From Hypanus sabinus (Eukaryota), in contig NC_082714.1 of assembly GCF_030144855.1 (NCBI RefSeq), positions 94,550,001 to 94,614,000 of the forward strand: a stretch of 64,000 bases of DNA. The letters run 5' to 3'. The notes below the pieces were generated by a model, which had not been told where the DNA came from, did no database searches, and worked only from the letters and a program-made list of their open reading frames with translations. Position numbers and translations under genes: made by a program. This document shows, in pieces, positions 48,861-61,501 of the stretch. How positions within the stretch are numbered: the first letter of the stretch is position 1; every line of letters begins with the position of its first letter.

Positions 48861-51601
48861 TGTCATGGTCTGGTGCGTGAACTCCGGACACCTGGTCTTC
48901 TGGTTATCCATTGTTCCAGTTGGTCTTAATCACAGGCGCCGAATTCTTATATTGGGGCTGGAATATAAGTGGCCTTGGGTTCGAGTGCGTTTGCTGGTTT
49001 GTCTCTTCGGCATCCTGTCCTCGCCTCTGTGGGGTAAGTCAGGCCGTCCCTGTCGTTACCCTCCGGTAGGATCTGTCCCTTCCTGTCCTTGCCTGAAGCC
49101 CTGCTTACAACCTGTGCCTGTAGCTCTGCTTGCAACTTACGCCGGTAGGCCTGCCTGATACCAACGCATGAAACCTTGCCTGCTACCCACCCTGAAGCCT
49201 TGCCGGCTACACACTCCTGAAGCCTTGCCGGCTACCCACGCCTGTAGCCTTACCGGCAACCCACGCTTGCGTCCACGCCTGTATCGCCGTCAAGTTCAGC
49301 CGCCAGATTGAGACCGGAGCCTTGCCACGCCAACAGTTGGAACTATCTATCCTTGAGCTTGGAATTATCTCTTTCATCCCTGTGTTCAGTGTCCGTATAT
49401 GTGTCGCTGCACAATGTCCTGCCCGCAAGGAAGGGTCCTGACTCTGTGTAAAACCCCGGCCATACGTCTTGTTCCCAAGGGGTGATCCGGGCTCTTGGTC
49501 TGTGTTTCTGTACTCCAGTCCAAGACTCAGTGTTCCTGTGCTTAGGTCCAAGGCTCTGTGGTGGTTCCATTCCGTGTCCAAGGCTCCGAGGAGGTTCCAG
49601 TTCGTGACGCGGGCTCTGAGGACGTTTCAGTCCGCGTCCCAGGCTCCGAGGCGGTTCTAGTTCGTGTCCAAGGCTCCGAAGGAGGTTCTAGTCTGTGTCC
49701 AAGGCTCCGAGGAGGATCCAGTTCGTATCCACATCGTAACCTAGGCTCCGAGTCATGGTCTCGTGCAGGGCTAGTGTCCGTGTTCAGCTAAGCCTCTCTC
49801 CGCTTCGGTACTACTGTTCCTCGATTTAGGCTCTGCTTTCCTGATCTCCCTGATCAATACTGAGCTTCATGTCCTCGTCCAGCCCTGGAGTCCCGCGTCC
49901 TGCCACCACGTCCTGTCCTGTGCATTGCCACTTCTGGTCTTCGTCTGGATCCGGGGTCCGAGCCCGAGTTAAGCCCCAGGTTCCGGGTCCCTTTCCAGCC
50001 TCTTGTTCGGAGTCCTTGTCCACGTTCCTAGTTCCTAGTTCCTCATCGAAGCCACACTTTCTTACTCTAGTCCAACCCATGCCCTGTATCCTAGTCTTGA
50101 CCAGGGCCTTGTATCTTGTCCAGCGTCGTTTCTTCACCACTTCCCTTGCTTTCTTGATACAACTATTCCTCTCCCTAGTACTTCAGGGTCTGTGTCTTGC
50201 ATTTAGGTCAGTTCCCAACGCCCACTTCATGACAGAACGAACCAGTCATATATAAATCCAGCAGCACAGACACCGTCTCCTCATCCTAGGTTCCTAGGGG
50301 TGGGGGTAGGGTTGTGTACTGCCATGTTCCGGTCCGTGAAGTCCGCGTTCCAGTTCACGTTCCAGTGTGTAGAATCCGGAATCCGGATCATCTGGCTGTC
50401 CGTTGTTTCAGTTGAGCTTCTTCAAAGGCACGAGATTCTCATATTGGGGCTGGAGTATAAGTGGGCCTGGGTTCGAGTGGGATTACTAGTTTGTCTCGTC
50501 GATATCCTGCCCTTGCCTCCGTTGGGTAAGTCAGGCTGACTTTGCCGTTACCCTGAGGCTGGACTGTTCTCTTCCTTCCCTCTCAAGCGTGGCCTGAAGC
50601 CATGCCTGCAACCTAGGCCTGTGGCCCTGCCTGCTACCTCGCCATAAGCCTTGCTGGCTACCCACGCCTGTAGCCTTACCGGCAACTGACGCCTGCGTCC
50701 TCGCCTGTATCGCCGTCAAGTTCAGCCGCCGAAGTGAGACCGGAGCCTTGCCACCCCAACAGATGGAACTATCTATCATTGACCTTGGACCGATCTTTTG
50801 GTCCCTGTGTTCAGTGCCCGTATATGTATCGCTTCACTATGTCATGTCCCCAAGGAAGGGTCCTGAATCTGTTTAATGCCCCGGTCATACGTCCTGTTCG
50901 CAAGGGGCGATCCGGGCTCTTGTTCTGTGTTTTTGTACTCGTCCAAGTCTCATTGTTCCTGTACTCCAGTCCAAAACTCAGTGCTCCTGTGCTCAGGTCC
51001 AAAGCTCCATGGTGGTTCCATTCCGCGTCCCAGGCTCCGAGGCGGTTCCATTTTGTGTCCAAGGCACAGAGGAAGGGTCCAGTCCATGTCCAAAGCTGCG
51101 AGTAGGCTGTTGTCCGTGTCCAAGGCTCCGAGGTGGTTCCAGTCCGTGTGCAAGTATCTGAGAAGGTTCCAGTCCGTGTATTAGGTTCCAAGGTGTTTCC
51201 AGTCCGACTACAAGTCCAAGTCGTAGCCTAGGCTCTGTGCCTGGTCTCGTTCAGGGCTAGTGTCCGTGTCTAGCTACGCCTCTGCCCGCCTCTGCTTTGA
51301 TCTCCCGCGACTTAGGCTCTGCGTTCCTGCTCTCCCTCGATCAAGACCAAGTTTGAGCTTCCTGTCCTTTTCCAAATCTGAGCTTCATGTGCTCGTCCAG
51401 CCTGGAGTCCCGCGTCCTGTCCCCACGTCCAGTTCTGTTGCCTTGCCACGTCCAGTCCTCGCCTGGTTCCGGAGTCCGAGCCCGAATCAAGACCCAGTTT
51501 CCGGGTCCATGTTCAGTCTCTGGCTCGGAGTCCTTGTCTAGGTTATTCGCTCCTATTTGCCAGTTACTAGTTCCTACTCTAGTGTCCCACTTTCCTACTC
51601 T
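48861..51601 (+). mobile_element. Minimal non-coding LTR element (LTR - 85 bp - LTR) of Tf1/sushi type inserted in V
   Basis: LTR1 TGTCATGG...CATGACA (48861-50234). Internal 50235-50319 holds GAACGAACCAG, a gag-start remnant and a PPT (GGGGTGGGGGTAGGGTTGTGTAC). LTR2 starts TGCCATG at 50320 and is truncated at about 51601. Confidence 0.85.
49545..49735 (+). repeat. About 30-bp tandem repeats inside the LTR (also about 50990-51210 in LTR2)
   Basis: 6-7 imperfect copies of GGTTCCAGTTCGTGTCCAAGGCTCCGAGGA. Confidence 0.85.
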
Positions 51602-52074
51602 CGGGTGAATTCTTTGGAGTTATTTGGAAGGTGCGGAGCTGACGTGGAGGAAAGAAAGGGAAGATGGGTAAAGTGGTGTTGATCAAAGATTTTCAAAATG
51701 CCCAAAAATAAGTTCAAGGTAGAGCGGCGTTATACAGGAATCTCCACCGTATATCTCACCAATAATCACAAGAAAAGAATAGCGGGGTGAACATTTACTT
51801 TTATAAACAGATAACAGGTTAACGGGCTTAGTTTAAAATTAAAATGACTCTCTACCCTTATACGTAGAGATGGTGATTTGGCTAATGTTTGACAAGTCTG
51901 TTTTACGACAGACCATTTTGCAGTACTCCCAGATAGTTCCAGTCTAGTTTCAACAGTCGCAGCCATGCGACATGTTTGACACTGGCCGGCAAAAGTAGAA
52001 ACCTTATAAACTCAAGAACGTCTTTAGAAGCTGGACACCCACAGCAACAATCACAACATGCTGTAGTAATTCAA

Positions 52075-52274
52075 NNNNNNNNNNNNNNNNNNNNNNNNNN
52101 NNNNNNNNNNNNNNNNNNNNNNNNNNNNNNNNNNNNNNNNNNNNNNNNNNNNNNNNNNNNNNNNNNNNNNNNNNNNNNNNNNNNNNNNNNNNNNNNNNNN
52201 NNNNNNNNNNNNNNNNNNNNNNNNNNNNNNNNNNNNNNNNNNNNNNNNNNNNNNNNNNNNNNNNNNNNNNNNNN
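52075..52274. other. Assembly gap (200 N)
   Basis: Run of 200 N. Confidence 1.
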
Positions 52275-52425
52275 TTGAATATTAAAATATCAGCTTTATT
52301 TGTCATATGTAGAAAGAAACATACAATGAAATGCGCCGTTTGTGTCAAATCAAATCAGTGTGGTCTGTGATTGGTGGTGACCGGAAGTGTCTCCACGCTT
52401 TCTGAGACAATATTTATTTATTGGG

Positions 52426-52442
52426 TATTTATCTATCTATCC

Positions 52443-52489
<47 letters not shown>

Positions 52490-52530
52490 AACCTACCTAT
52501 CTATCTATCTTTATCTATCTTTCTATCTAT
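52426..52530. repeat. (CTAT)n microsatellite
   Basis: Long, partly interrupted CTAT/TCTA array. Confidence 0.9.
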
Positions 52531-54052
52531 TCAGTGCTTAACAGGCCCTTGTGGCCCAAACGACCTGCGTAGCTCAGCAACCCACAATCTTGTCTCAAGA
52601 CTGATCACAGAACAAGTTGCATAAACAACTAAACTACTAAACGGTACGTATCTGGACTCTGGATGGAACCAGAGAACCTGGAGGATGCCGCGCCTTCAAC
52701 ACTTTAAACTTAAGCTGGCCTGTGGGTATTGTAGGTAACTGGGAAATTTCATAGTCTGTTGCGCCTTTATTGAAAAGCGCCTGAAATACACACGCAGAGA
52801 GGATGTATTTCACAGTTTCAAAATAAACATGCACACATTATGGAATAGTAAATTATAAATAATACTGTGTAAAAAACCATTAGAGTGCCCACACGAAAGG
52901 TGAGCACGAATAATGTGGTGGCGATAGGAGACAGCCATACACCGGGATGCAGTCAGTAAATCAGATTCATGATTAGGTGTGTTTTCCTACAACAACTAGT
53001 ATTCCCTCTTTGATATCGCCCCGACCATAGGACCGCAAGTACCGCAACATTAGGACTAGGACTGTTAGGAATGGGAACAGCTTCTTGTCCCAGGACGTGA
53101 GACTGAATTCCCTGCATACACTTAGTTCTTATCACCCTTGAGTTGTCAATAGCGATATGCTATTTATTTTCTGACTTATGTCGTAAATGTACCATTTGCT
53201 AAAAGTTAAACTTCTGGGATGTATTTTCTTATTTATCAATTTATTTGGGATAATGTTCTTCTCGGTGTTTTTATTTTGTGATTTATATGCAGCGTTTTAT
53301 GTAAGTTCATCCGGAGGAACTTTCTTTTCTTTTGTTGAATGATAATAGAATTGAACTTGAACTTCAACACGTAAGTCAAGGCAAGTATATTTATGCCAAT
53401 AAAGGTTATAAAGTGGCATAATCAGTTTTTAAGATGGCCTCACATGGCGCCGTTTAATGGCGTCTATTTGTGTGACTCTCCGAACGGAATCGGCAAAAAT
53501 TCCGATTTGTGACGACCACAGCTGAAAACCATAGCCACAGCCATGAGTGTATCACTAAACAATATATGCGAACTCCATTGCTGCTGTTTAATCTCCAAGT
53601 ATAGCCAGCATTCTCTATTCCTCCTGATGTTTTATTTTGCTTGCAAATTCCACTTAAATAATACATATGGACATCAGGTGGGTGGAGATGTACATCAGGC
53701 AATAAGACCATACGACACAGGATTAGGCCATTCACCCGTCGAGTCAACACCATTCCATTACGGCTGATCCCGGATCCACTAAACGTCATAAACCTGCTTT
53801 CGCGCAATATACCTTGATGCCCTGACCGATCAGGAAACTATCAACTTCCTCCTGCAATATAAGTACAGACGCCCACCAGCAGCCTGTGGCAGAGCAGTCC
53901 TCGGATTCCACTGCTCTCTGACTAAAGAAAATCCTGCTTGCCTTTGTTCTAAAGGTTTCCCTTCAATGCTGTGCCTTCAAGATTTGGATGCTCCCACCAC
54001 TGGAAACATCTTCAACACATCCACCCTATCTAGTCCTTTCAATAAATGGTAA

Positions 54053-54907
54053 TGTTACGGATTCAAGCAACAATAATTATATGAGTGAGGCAGGGGTTTT
54101 TATAACAAACAATACGTTTATTAAACACTGAAAACAAACACACCAAAAGTAAACAAATCACTAACGTAACCGGAAATCAGCTGCTGTGCGGCAGCTTAAA
54201 CAGTTCTTAGAGCGATAAAACTTAAACAGTTCTTAAAAGTAGTATTGCAAAAGTTCAAAATGCTCACAGCCCATTTAAGGAGAGACTTTTTAAGACGATT
54301 TAAATTCTCTTTCACGTCGTGTTGTTGCAATTCCCAATCGAACTACTTTTCCAACGAAGAATTTTACGAAGATGTAACGTAACGGCTTAAAGGCACTGAC
54401 CTTTCCTTTACAAAACTGTTCCCAATCCTTTCTGCTGTTCACAGGGATTAACACGGGCACAGTCAACGAAATCCTTCCGAATGAGGATCAAATAAGGTCG
54501 AGCCTGTTTCACCGTCGAAATCGACTTTCCTCGATCTTTCAACTCCCGAACTCCGATCTTCACTCTCCACTAATTCTCAACTAGCAGTATTATAAAAAAA
54601 CTGCTGGCAATGTCCTTTTAAACTTTAGGCATTAAATAAAACTTCATCTTTCAACTAAACTGCGTCATAACATTAAATCACGCAGTGGCATGAAGTCGGC
54701 ATTGGGAAATCCTGCCACGAGCTGCCCCTCCTAACAGGGAGGGGTTCCCCTTCGTTTATACCCTGTAAAAAAGCATGTCACATGACCTCTGCTGGCGGGA
54801 AAATGACGTCACTCCACCATCACAAGACCATTACCTCAAGCCCAGTATAGCTTCAACACCTGTCACGTGACAAGTACTCCACTGTCACGTGCCACGGGTA
54901 CGTAACA
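54053..54907 (-). mobile_element. Solo LTR of the same family as the 41620-48203 Gmr1-like element
   Basis: Reverse complement aligns end to end with the 862-bp LTRs, with canonical TGTTACG...CGTAACA termini. Flanks are contiguous CR1 sequence; TSD is not clean (GTAA/CTAG). Confidence 0.92.
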
Positions 54908-55329
54908 CTAGGTATCAATGAGACCGCCCCTAACCCAGACTTCTAAATTCCAGTGAGTACAGACCCAAAGCTGCCAAACGCTTCTCGTGTGTTAATCCCT
55001 TCATCCTAGTGAACATCCTCTGGACTCTCTCCAATGACAGCTCATCCTTTCTGAAATATGGGGCCCAAAACTGTTGACAATGCTTTAAGTGCGAACTGAC
55101 TAGTGTCTTATAAAAGCTCAGTGTTATCCCTTTGCTTTTATATTCTATTCCCCTTGAAATAAATGCCAACATTACATTCGCCTTCTTTACCACAGACTCA
55201 ATGCTCTCGAAGTCTTCAAACAGGATTGCTAAGTCCCTCTGCACGCCTGATGTTTGAACCTTTTCCCCATTTAGATAATAGTTCGCACTATTGCTCATTT
55301 TAACAAAATGCATTATCATACATTTCCCA

Positions 55330-55920
55330 ACACAGACACAGTGGTGTCAGGAGAACAACCTCTTCGTAAATGTCACAAAAACAAAGGAGCTGGTTGTGCA
55401 CTACAGGAGGAATGGAAACAGGCTAATAACCCCTCTTGACATCAATAGATCTGGGTTGAGAGTGTGAACAGCTTTAAGTTCCGCTGCATACAGCCACTCA
55501 CGTGGTCTGTACGTTCCGGCTGTGTGGTGAAAAAACACCACAACAGCGCCTCTTTCGCCTCAGACTGTTGAGGAAGTTTACTATGAGTCCCCAGATCATA
55601 AGGACCTTTCTACAGGGACACAAATGAGAGCAAACTAACTGGCTGCATCACTGCCTGGTATGCGAGATGTAATGCCCCACAATCTCAGGGCTCTGCAGAG
55701 TGTGGTGTCGATAGCCCAGTGCATCTGTCGATGTGAACAGGACATTTACACAGACAGGTGAGGAAAAAGTGCCCGAAGGATCATTTCTGACCTGAATCAC
55801 TGCAACCACACACTGTACTAGCTGCTACCTTTTGGGAAATGGTACAGCAGATTTAAAGCCAGGACCGGCAGGTTCTGAGAGAGCTTCTTCCAACAGGGCA
55901 TCAGACTGTTTAATTCACGC
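55330..55920 (+). mobile_element. Rex1/Babar-type LINE fragment
   Basis: AAAACAAAGGAGCTGGTTGTG, CAACAGCGCCTCTTTC.CCTCAG and 3' region as in 6590-7480. Confidence 0.7.
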
Positions 55921-57851
55921 TGATACAATTGAATTTATTATATATTTACAATTGAATATTATATTGATTGACCTGTTGCAATAATATTTATTACAAATGA
56001 GTATAAATAACAAATTTCACAGTTAGACGGATGGAAAGATTTCTACTCCTCATGTGCGTGAAGAATGTAAGATATAAAGTCAATTAAATTCAATTCATTA
56101 GTCTCCAATAACCGCGACACTTCATTCTTAATAACAGACTCCCTCACTTTCCCAACCACTGTTAAGTTGACTGGCCTATAATATTTTCTTCTTTTTGCCT
56201 TCCTCCCTTCTAAAAAAAGTGAAGTGACATTTGCAATCCTCCAGTCATCCCGGACTATGCGGGCATCAAGTGATTCTTGAAAGGTCATACCTGATGCATC
56301 CGATACCTCTTCAGCAACTTATCTCAGGATACGTGAATGTAGTCAATCTGTTCTATCTTAAAGCATCTGAGTTCGCCAAGCACGTTTTCCTTTTGGAATA
56401 TTAATAGCAGTCATCCTGCTCCCTGACACTCACGGACTTCTGGCACACTGCACATCAGTGAAGACCGATGCAAAGTATTATTAAGATCATCTGCTATTTT
56501 TTCGCCCCTATTACCAGTATCATTTTCCAGTGGTCCAAAATCAACTCTCACCTCCCCTTTACTCCTTTTATAAATGAAAAGAAAAACTCTTTTGGTATCC
56601 TGATTTATATTATTGGCTACTGTGCCCTCATATTTCATCTTTATCCTTCTTATAGCTTTTTAGGTTGGCTTGAATGCAGTCCTTCACTTCCTTTGTCATC
56701 CCCACCTCTGCCAGTGAGAACTTCTTCATCTGTAGGTCAATATATATTCTGACTATTTCTAGAAACTTCTGTCATCTCTACTCTGGCGTCATCCCCACCA
56801 GTATCCTCCTCTAATTCACTTGGACAGGCTCCTCTCTCATACCATCGTAATTCACTTTATTCCTTTGTGATATATGAGTTTTGCTTTTTCCTCTCAAACT
56901 GCAGTACGAATTCAATCATGTTATGATCACTGTCTCCTTAGGGTTCCTGATATGAAGCTCTCGAATGAACTCTAGCTTAATACACAACACCGAGTCTAAG
57001 ATAGGCTTTCCCTAAGGAGGCTCGAGCACAAGCCGCTCTGAAAAGCCACCTCGTAGGCATTCAACAAATCTCATGTCTTGTGGTCCGAACATCAACCTGG
57101 TTTTTCTCAGTCCCCTTGCATATTGAAGTCCTCCATTACAATTGTGCCTGTATTACATGCCTTTTTCAAGTTCAGTTGCAATCTTAAGCCCCCATTATGG
57201 CTACTATTTGGAAGCCTATTTCTGATTCCCATAATGACTGTTTTACCCTTGCAGTTTCTTAACTATACCCACAAAGAATCAACATTCTCTGACTCTATGT
57301 CCGCCCTTTCAAAAGATGTAATTCCATCTCTTACCAACAGCGCCACACTACCAACTATGACATCCCGCCTGCCCCTTCGATGCAAATAATATCTTTGTTG
57401 TTAAGCTCCAAATACTGACCTTCTTTCAGCCACCACTAAATGATGCCGATACCGTCAATGGCGCTACGGTTTCGCGTCCACCAAATGAAGAGTAGTATGT
57501 GCTTTCAAACACAACATCTTTAGTCCTGCTGTCTTTGCCCTTTTGAATGTTGTCTCTGTACAACTTAACTCTTAGCTCTGTTTGGGTTTAAATCATTGGC
57601 TTGCCCTCACTTACATTCATGTTATAGCAATCAACTACTTATCGACCTGCTGGCTCATCCGCAGCTCTATCATACTGGTTCCAATACTGAAGCAATATCA
57701 GTTTAACCTACTCCCAAAAGCGCCAGTAAACCTCCCCTCAGGAATATTTGACCCCCGTCGGATTCTACTGTAACCCATCACTTTTATACAGGTCCTAACT
57801 AACTAGAAATCTGAAGCCCTGCTTTTTATCTGCCACTTTATTCTATCACTC

Positions 57852-60800
57852 TGTCAAGGACAAGGCTGAGGATGAACCGAAGTGCAGGACACAAGTGCGG
57901 AGGCAGATTCGTGAGGCGTTTCCACCATCGCGAACGGGGAACCGTTATTCGGGAGAGTCTTTATATGGAGACAAGAGTTATGTAGAGTATCCAGGAAATG
58001 ATGCAAAGCTTAGAACTAACTGTCATAAAGAATCCGGAAAGGGGTTTACTCACACAAGTCGACCAACGAAAAGACAAAGCATGGCTGGGACGCTCGAGTT
58101 TTATCGCAAATTCGCTAATGGGAACCAGGTTGCTGTAGTGGGATTGGGAATGTTTGGAAATCGGACGAATCAATCAAGGCTCAATCAAGGACATAATAGC
58201 AAGATGGTGAATTGCCAGACGGGACCATGACAGTACACAGCGCCCCTCAACGAGGAGCCTCCAGACGATCCTTCGAACTTTTCCGAATGGTCCCCATGGA
58301 AGTCCTGGATGAGGGAGGGGTCCAGGATTAAGTAGCAGGAAACCCAAGAACGCTCCGCTACACCGTACCCTTCATAGTCGACCAGGTATTAGAGGCCCCT
58401 GCTCCGATGGCGCACATCTACTAGGCGCCGGCGGGGTAGGCCGGATGGGTGTCGATGATCCTGACCAGTGGAGGGGTTTCGGTCGGAGAACACAAGGGGC
58501 TGACTGAAAGTGGTTTTAATTAGGAAACATGAAAAGTAATGTGGATATGCATAGATCTTGGTAGCTTAAGTCAGACTGCTGTGGGTTTGATGATACTTTC
58601 GACCTTGAAAAGTCCCAGGAAGCGAGGGACAAGTTTCTTAGGCTCGTTTTTGAGAGGGTCGGCTTTGGCTGAAAGACACACCTCTGCCCAGGTCGATATC
58701 AGGCGCAGGAGTCCAGTGTTGATTGGCAGTCCTCCTGTTGAGATCGGCTGATCTGAGCAGGGCCGTGCCTGTGTCCTCCCAAACCTTGCGGCACGATATT
58801 TGCTTGAACAGACGGCACCGCAATCATCTCTTCTTGCGCGGGGAACAGCTGGAGTTGGTACCCAAGGGAGCACTCGAAGGGAGACTTTCTGATGGCAATA
58901 CTAACCAAAAGGTTGTCGGCGTACTGAACCAACGCGTGGTGCTCACTCCATGTAGCCGGGTTGTTGGTTGTTATAGAATGTAGTTTCGCCTCCTCGACCT
59001 GGTTGACCCTTCCCTTTGCCCGTTCGTTTATGGGTGGTAGCCGGATGATATGCTGAACTAGGCACCTAAGGCTTGACAGAGGTCTTCCACACCTGAGTGA
59101 TGAATTGGGGACCTCGATCGGAGACAATGTCCGCGGAGATGGAAGACGTGGCGGACGAGAAGGCCTGCGGTTTCCTGTGCAGAAGGGAGTTTAGGGAAGG
59201 CTACAAAGTGCACCGTCTTGGAGAACTGTTCTACCATAGTGAGTACGATGGTGGTTCAGTGTGAAGTGGGTAGACCGGTGACGAAATCTAGGGCGATGTG
59301 CGACCGCGAACGACCGGGGACAGGTAGGGGACGAAGTGACCAATGGGAAGCTTTCCATGGGCATAGACGGAAATTGCAGACACATAGGAACAGGTAGCCT
59401 CCTCCATGGAAGTCCCTGGAAGGCCAACAAAAGTGTTTTTTCAGGAGCGCCAGTGTCCAATCACTCAAAGAGTGGCAGGTGAACGGAGAAATGTGCCCCC
59501 ACCAGAGACTCTGACGGAATCAGGCACAAAAAGGCGATCGGCGACTCCATTGCCGGGGTCAGGGTCAGCTTGTTGGCCTTCCTTTATTATGGACTCAATC
59601 TCCCAAGTGAGGGTTGCTACTATACAGGATGGTGGGAGGATAGTATCCGGGCTGGAAGTGTCCTCCTTGGAGTTGTATTGGCGGGAGGGCGCGTCCGGCT
59701 TCCCGTCCTTTGCCCCAGGACGGTATGCGAGGGAAAACTTGAACCGTCCAAAAATTAATGCCCAACGGACCTGGCGGGTGATAAGACGTTTGGCGTTCTG
59801 AATGTACCAAGGTCAGCGGTGGTGTACAGAGGGTAACCGGAGCCTGCAATTTTCCATCCAGCGCCCGGGCCTCCAGAGGGGTACTTAACGGATCCCGAGG
59901 TATTCCTGCCCGGGAGGCGATGTCCTTGTCCAGCCGATTTCCTTCGGCACCGGAATCCACCAAGGCGGATAGAGACAACGACTGTTGTTGATAATTCACG
60001 TTGGTCAAGATCTACATCCTGGTCTGTGGTACTGAAAAGAATGTCGTCTTTCTCACCAGGGACCCTTTCTACTAGCGAGCTCTGTCCTTTGGCCGCAGAG
60101 TACAAGTATCCCGGAACTGTTCCGACATACCACAATAGTGACAATCCCCAGCTTTCCGCCTCCGAAGTCGTTCGGCAGGGGAGAGACGGTTCCGTCCCAA
60201 CTGCATCTGTTCCTCCCATAGGGTAGTGGGGATGGTTTGAACAGGAGCTATACTTGGAGCGGCTGTGGAAGTGAGGCTGGCTGAAGATGGTAAGGTGGGA
60301 CATGGGCTGACCCAAGGAGGACAGCGACCGGTCTTTTCTCTCAGACTCTACAGAAGTCGATTATCTAGCTAGAGAGTGATCACAGAGACCAGGCTGTCCG
60401 CGTCCTTCCTCGCTGCCATTTCATCTTTTACTTTATCTGAGAGACTCTGTCGTAACACTTCCCTTAGGGCCTCGTCATTCCACCCAAAAACGGCCGCTAA
60501 TGCTCGGAACTCCATGGAGTATTCGGCTGCGCTTAAAGAACACTGACAGAGAGGTAGCACGGGCTTAGCAGCGTCCTTACTGCAAATGGGTGTTCAAAGA
60601 CATTCCTCATTTCGGAGACAAAGGAGGGGAAGAAGGAACAGACCTCTGGTCGCTTGTCCCAGATCGCTTTGGCCCGTGCCTTTGCATCCCTTCGTAACAG
60701 CCGCACATTGCACGCAATCTTGGATCTGTCTGAGGTGTACGTACGTGGCTATTGCTCAAAGACCAAAGCGAATTGTAATAAGCAGGCCCGGCATTTCCCT

Positions 60801-61501
60801 AATTCCCCAGCGTATGGTTCCTGTTCGGGTCTGTACGTCTCTTGAGGGGATTGTTTTGCCGATCCAAGGGGCGTAGCCAACCCAGGCTGTGCAGCTGGGT
60901 CAGTTGGGATTCTTGGAAGGGACGGAGTAAGGTAAGCGGATACACGGTCAACCTGTTCACTGACCTTCCTTACACTCGTGGACAGCGCACGAAGGTGTTC
61001 CATGACCTCTCTGAGCAGTTGGTCGTTGGCACCCAGTTGGTTGCCCTGGATGACGAGGGCCTGTTACACGGGGTCCTTGTCCGCTGGGTTCATTCTTGGT
61101 CAGTTCGTTCTGTTGCAAGGACGAGGCTGAGGACGAATGCAAGTGCAGGACATAGGCGCAGAGGCAGTGTCCTGAGGTGTTATCACCGTCGCGAACGGCG
61201 AACTGGTATCCAGAAGATTCTTTACACGGAGACAAGGTGTATGAAGGGTATCCAGGAAATGATGCTGACCTTAGAACTGACAGCCCTAAGGAATCAGGAA
61301 ATGAGGTTTACTCACACTAGAGTCGACCAACAAACTGGCAAAGCGTGGCTGTGACGCCTGAGTTTTATCCCATGTTCGCTAATGCGAACCGGGTTTGCTG
61401 TAATTAGTCGAACTGGGAATGAATGTAAATCGGGCGAGGGGATTAAGGCTCAATTAAGGAGGTAATAGCAAGATGGGGAATTGCCAGATGGCACCATGAC
61501 A
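57852..61501 (-). mobile_element. Chromodomain-bearing Gypsy (Tf1/sushi-type) element lacking RT
   Basis: LTRs 61111-61501 and 57852-58232; PPT GAGGGGCGCTGTGTAC. Gag PYAGELGKCRACLLQ; protease ALVDSGAEGN fused near 59808 to the RNase H tail (YIQNAKRL..QVRWALIF..YRPG); integrase remnants; chromodomain [14 protein letters not shown] at about 58300-58430. Confidence 0.88.

Noticed and set aside
49170-51608. Numerous overlapping ORFs and regularly spaced repeats (CRISPR-like appearance)
   Set aside because: They are tandem repeats within LTR sequence, without unique spacers, in a vertebrate genome. The ORFs reflect GC-rich, stop-poor repeats.
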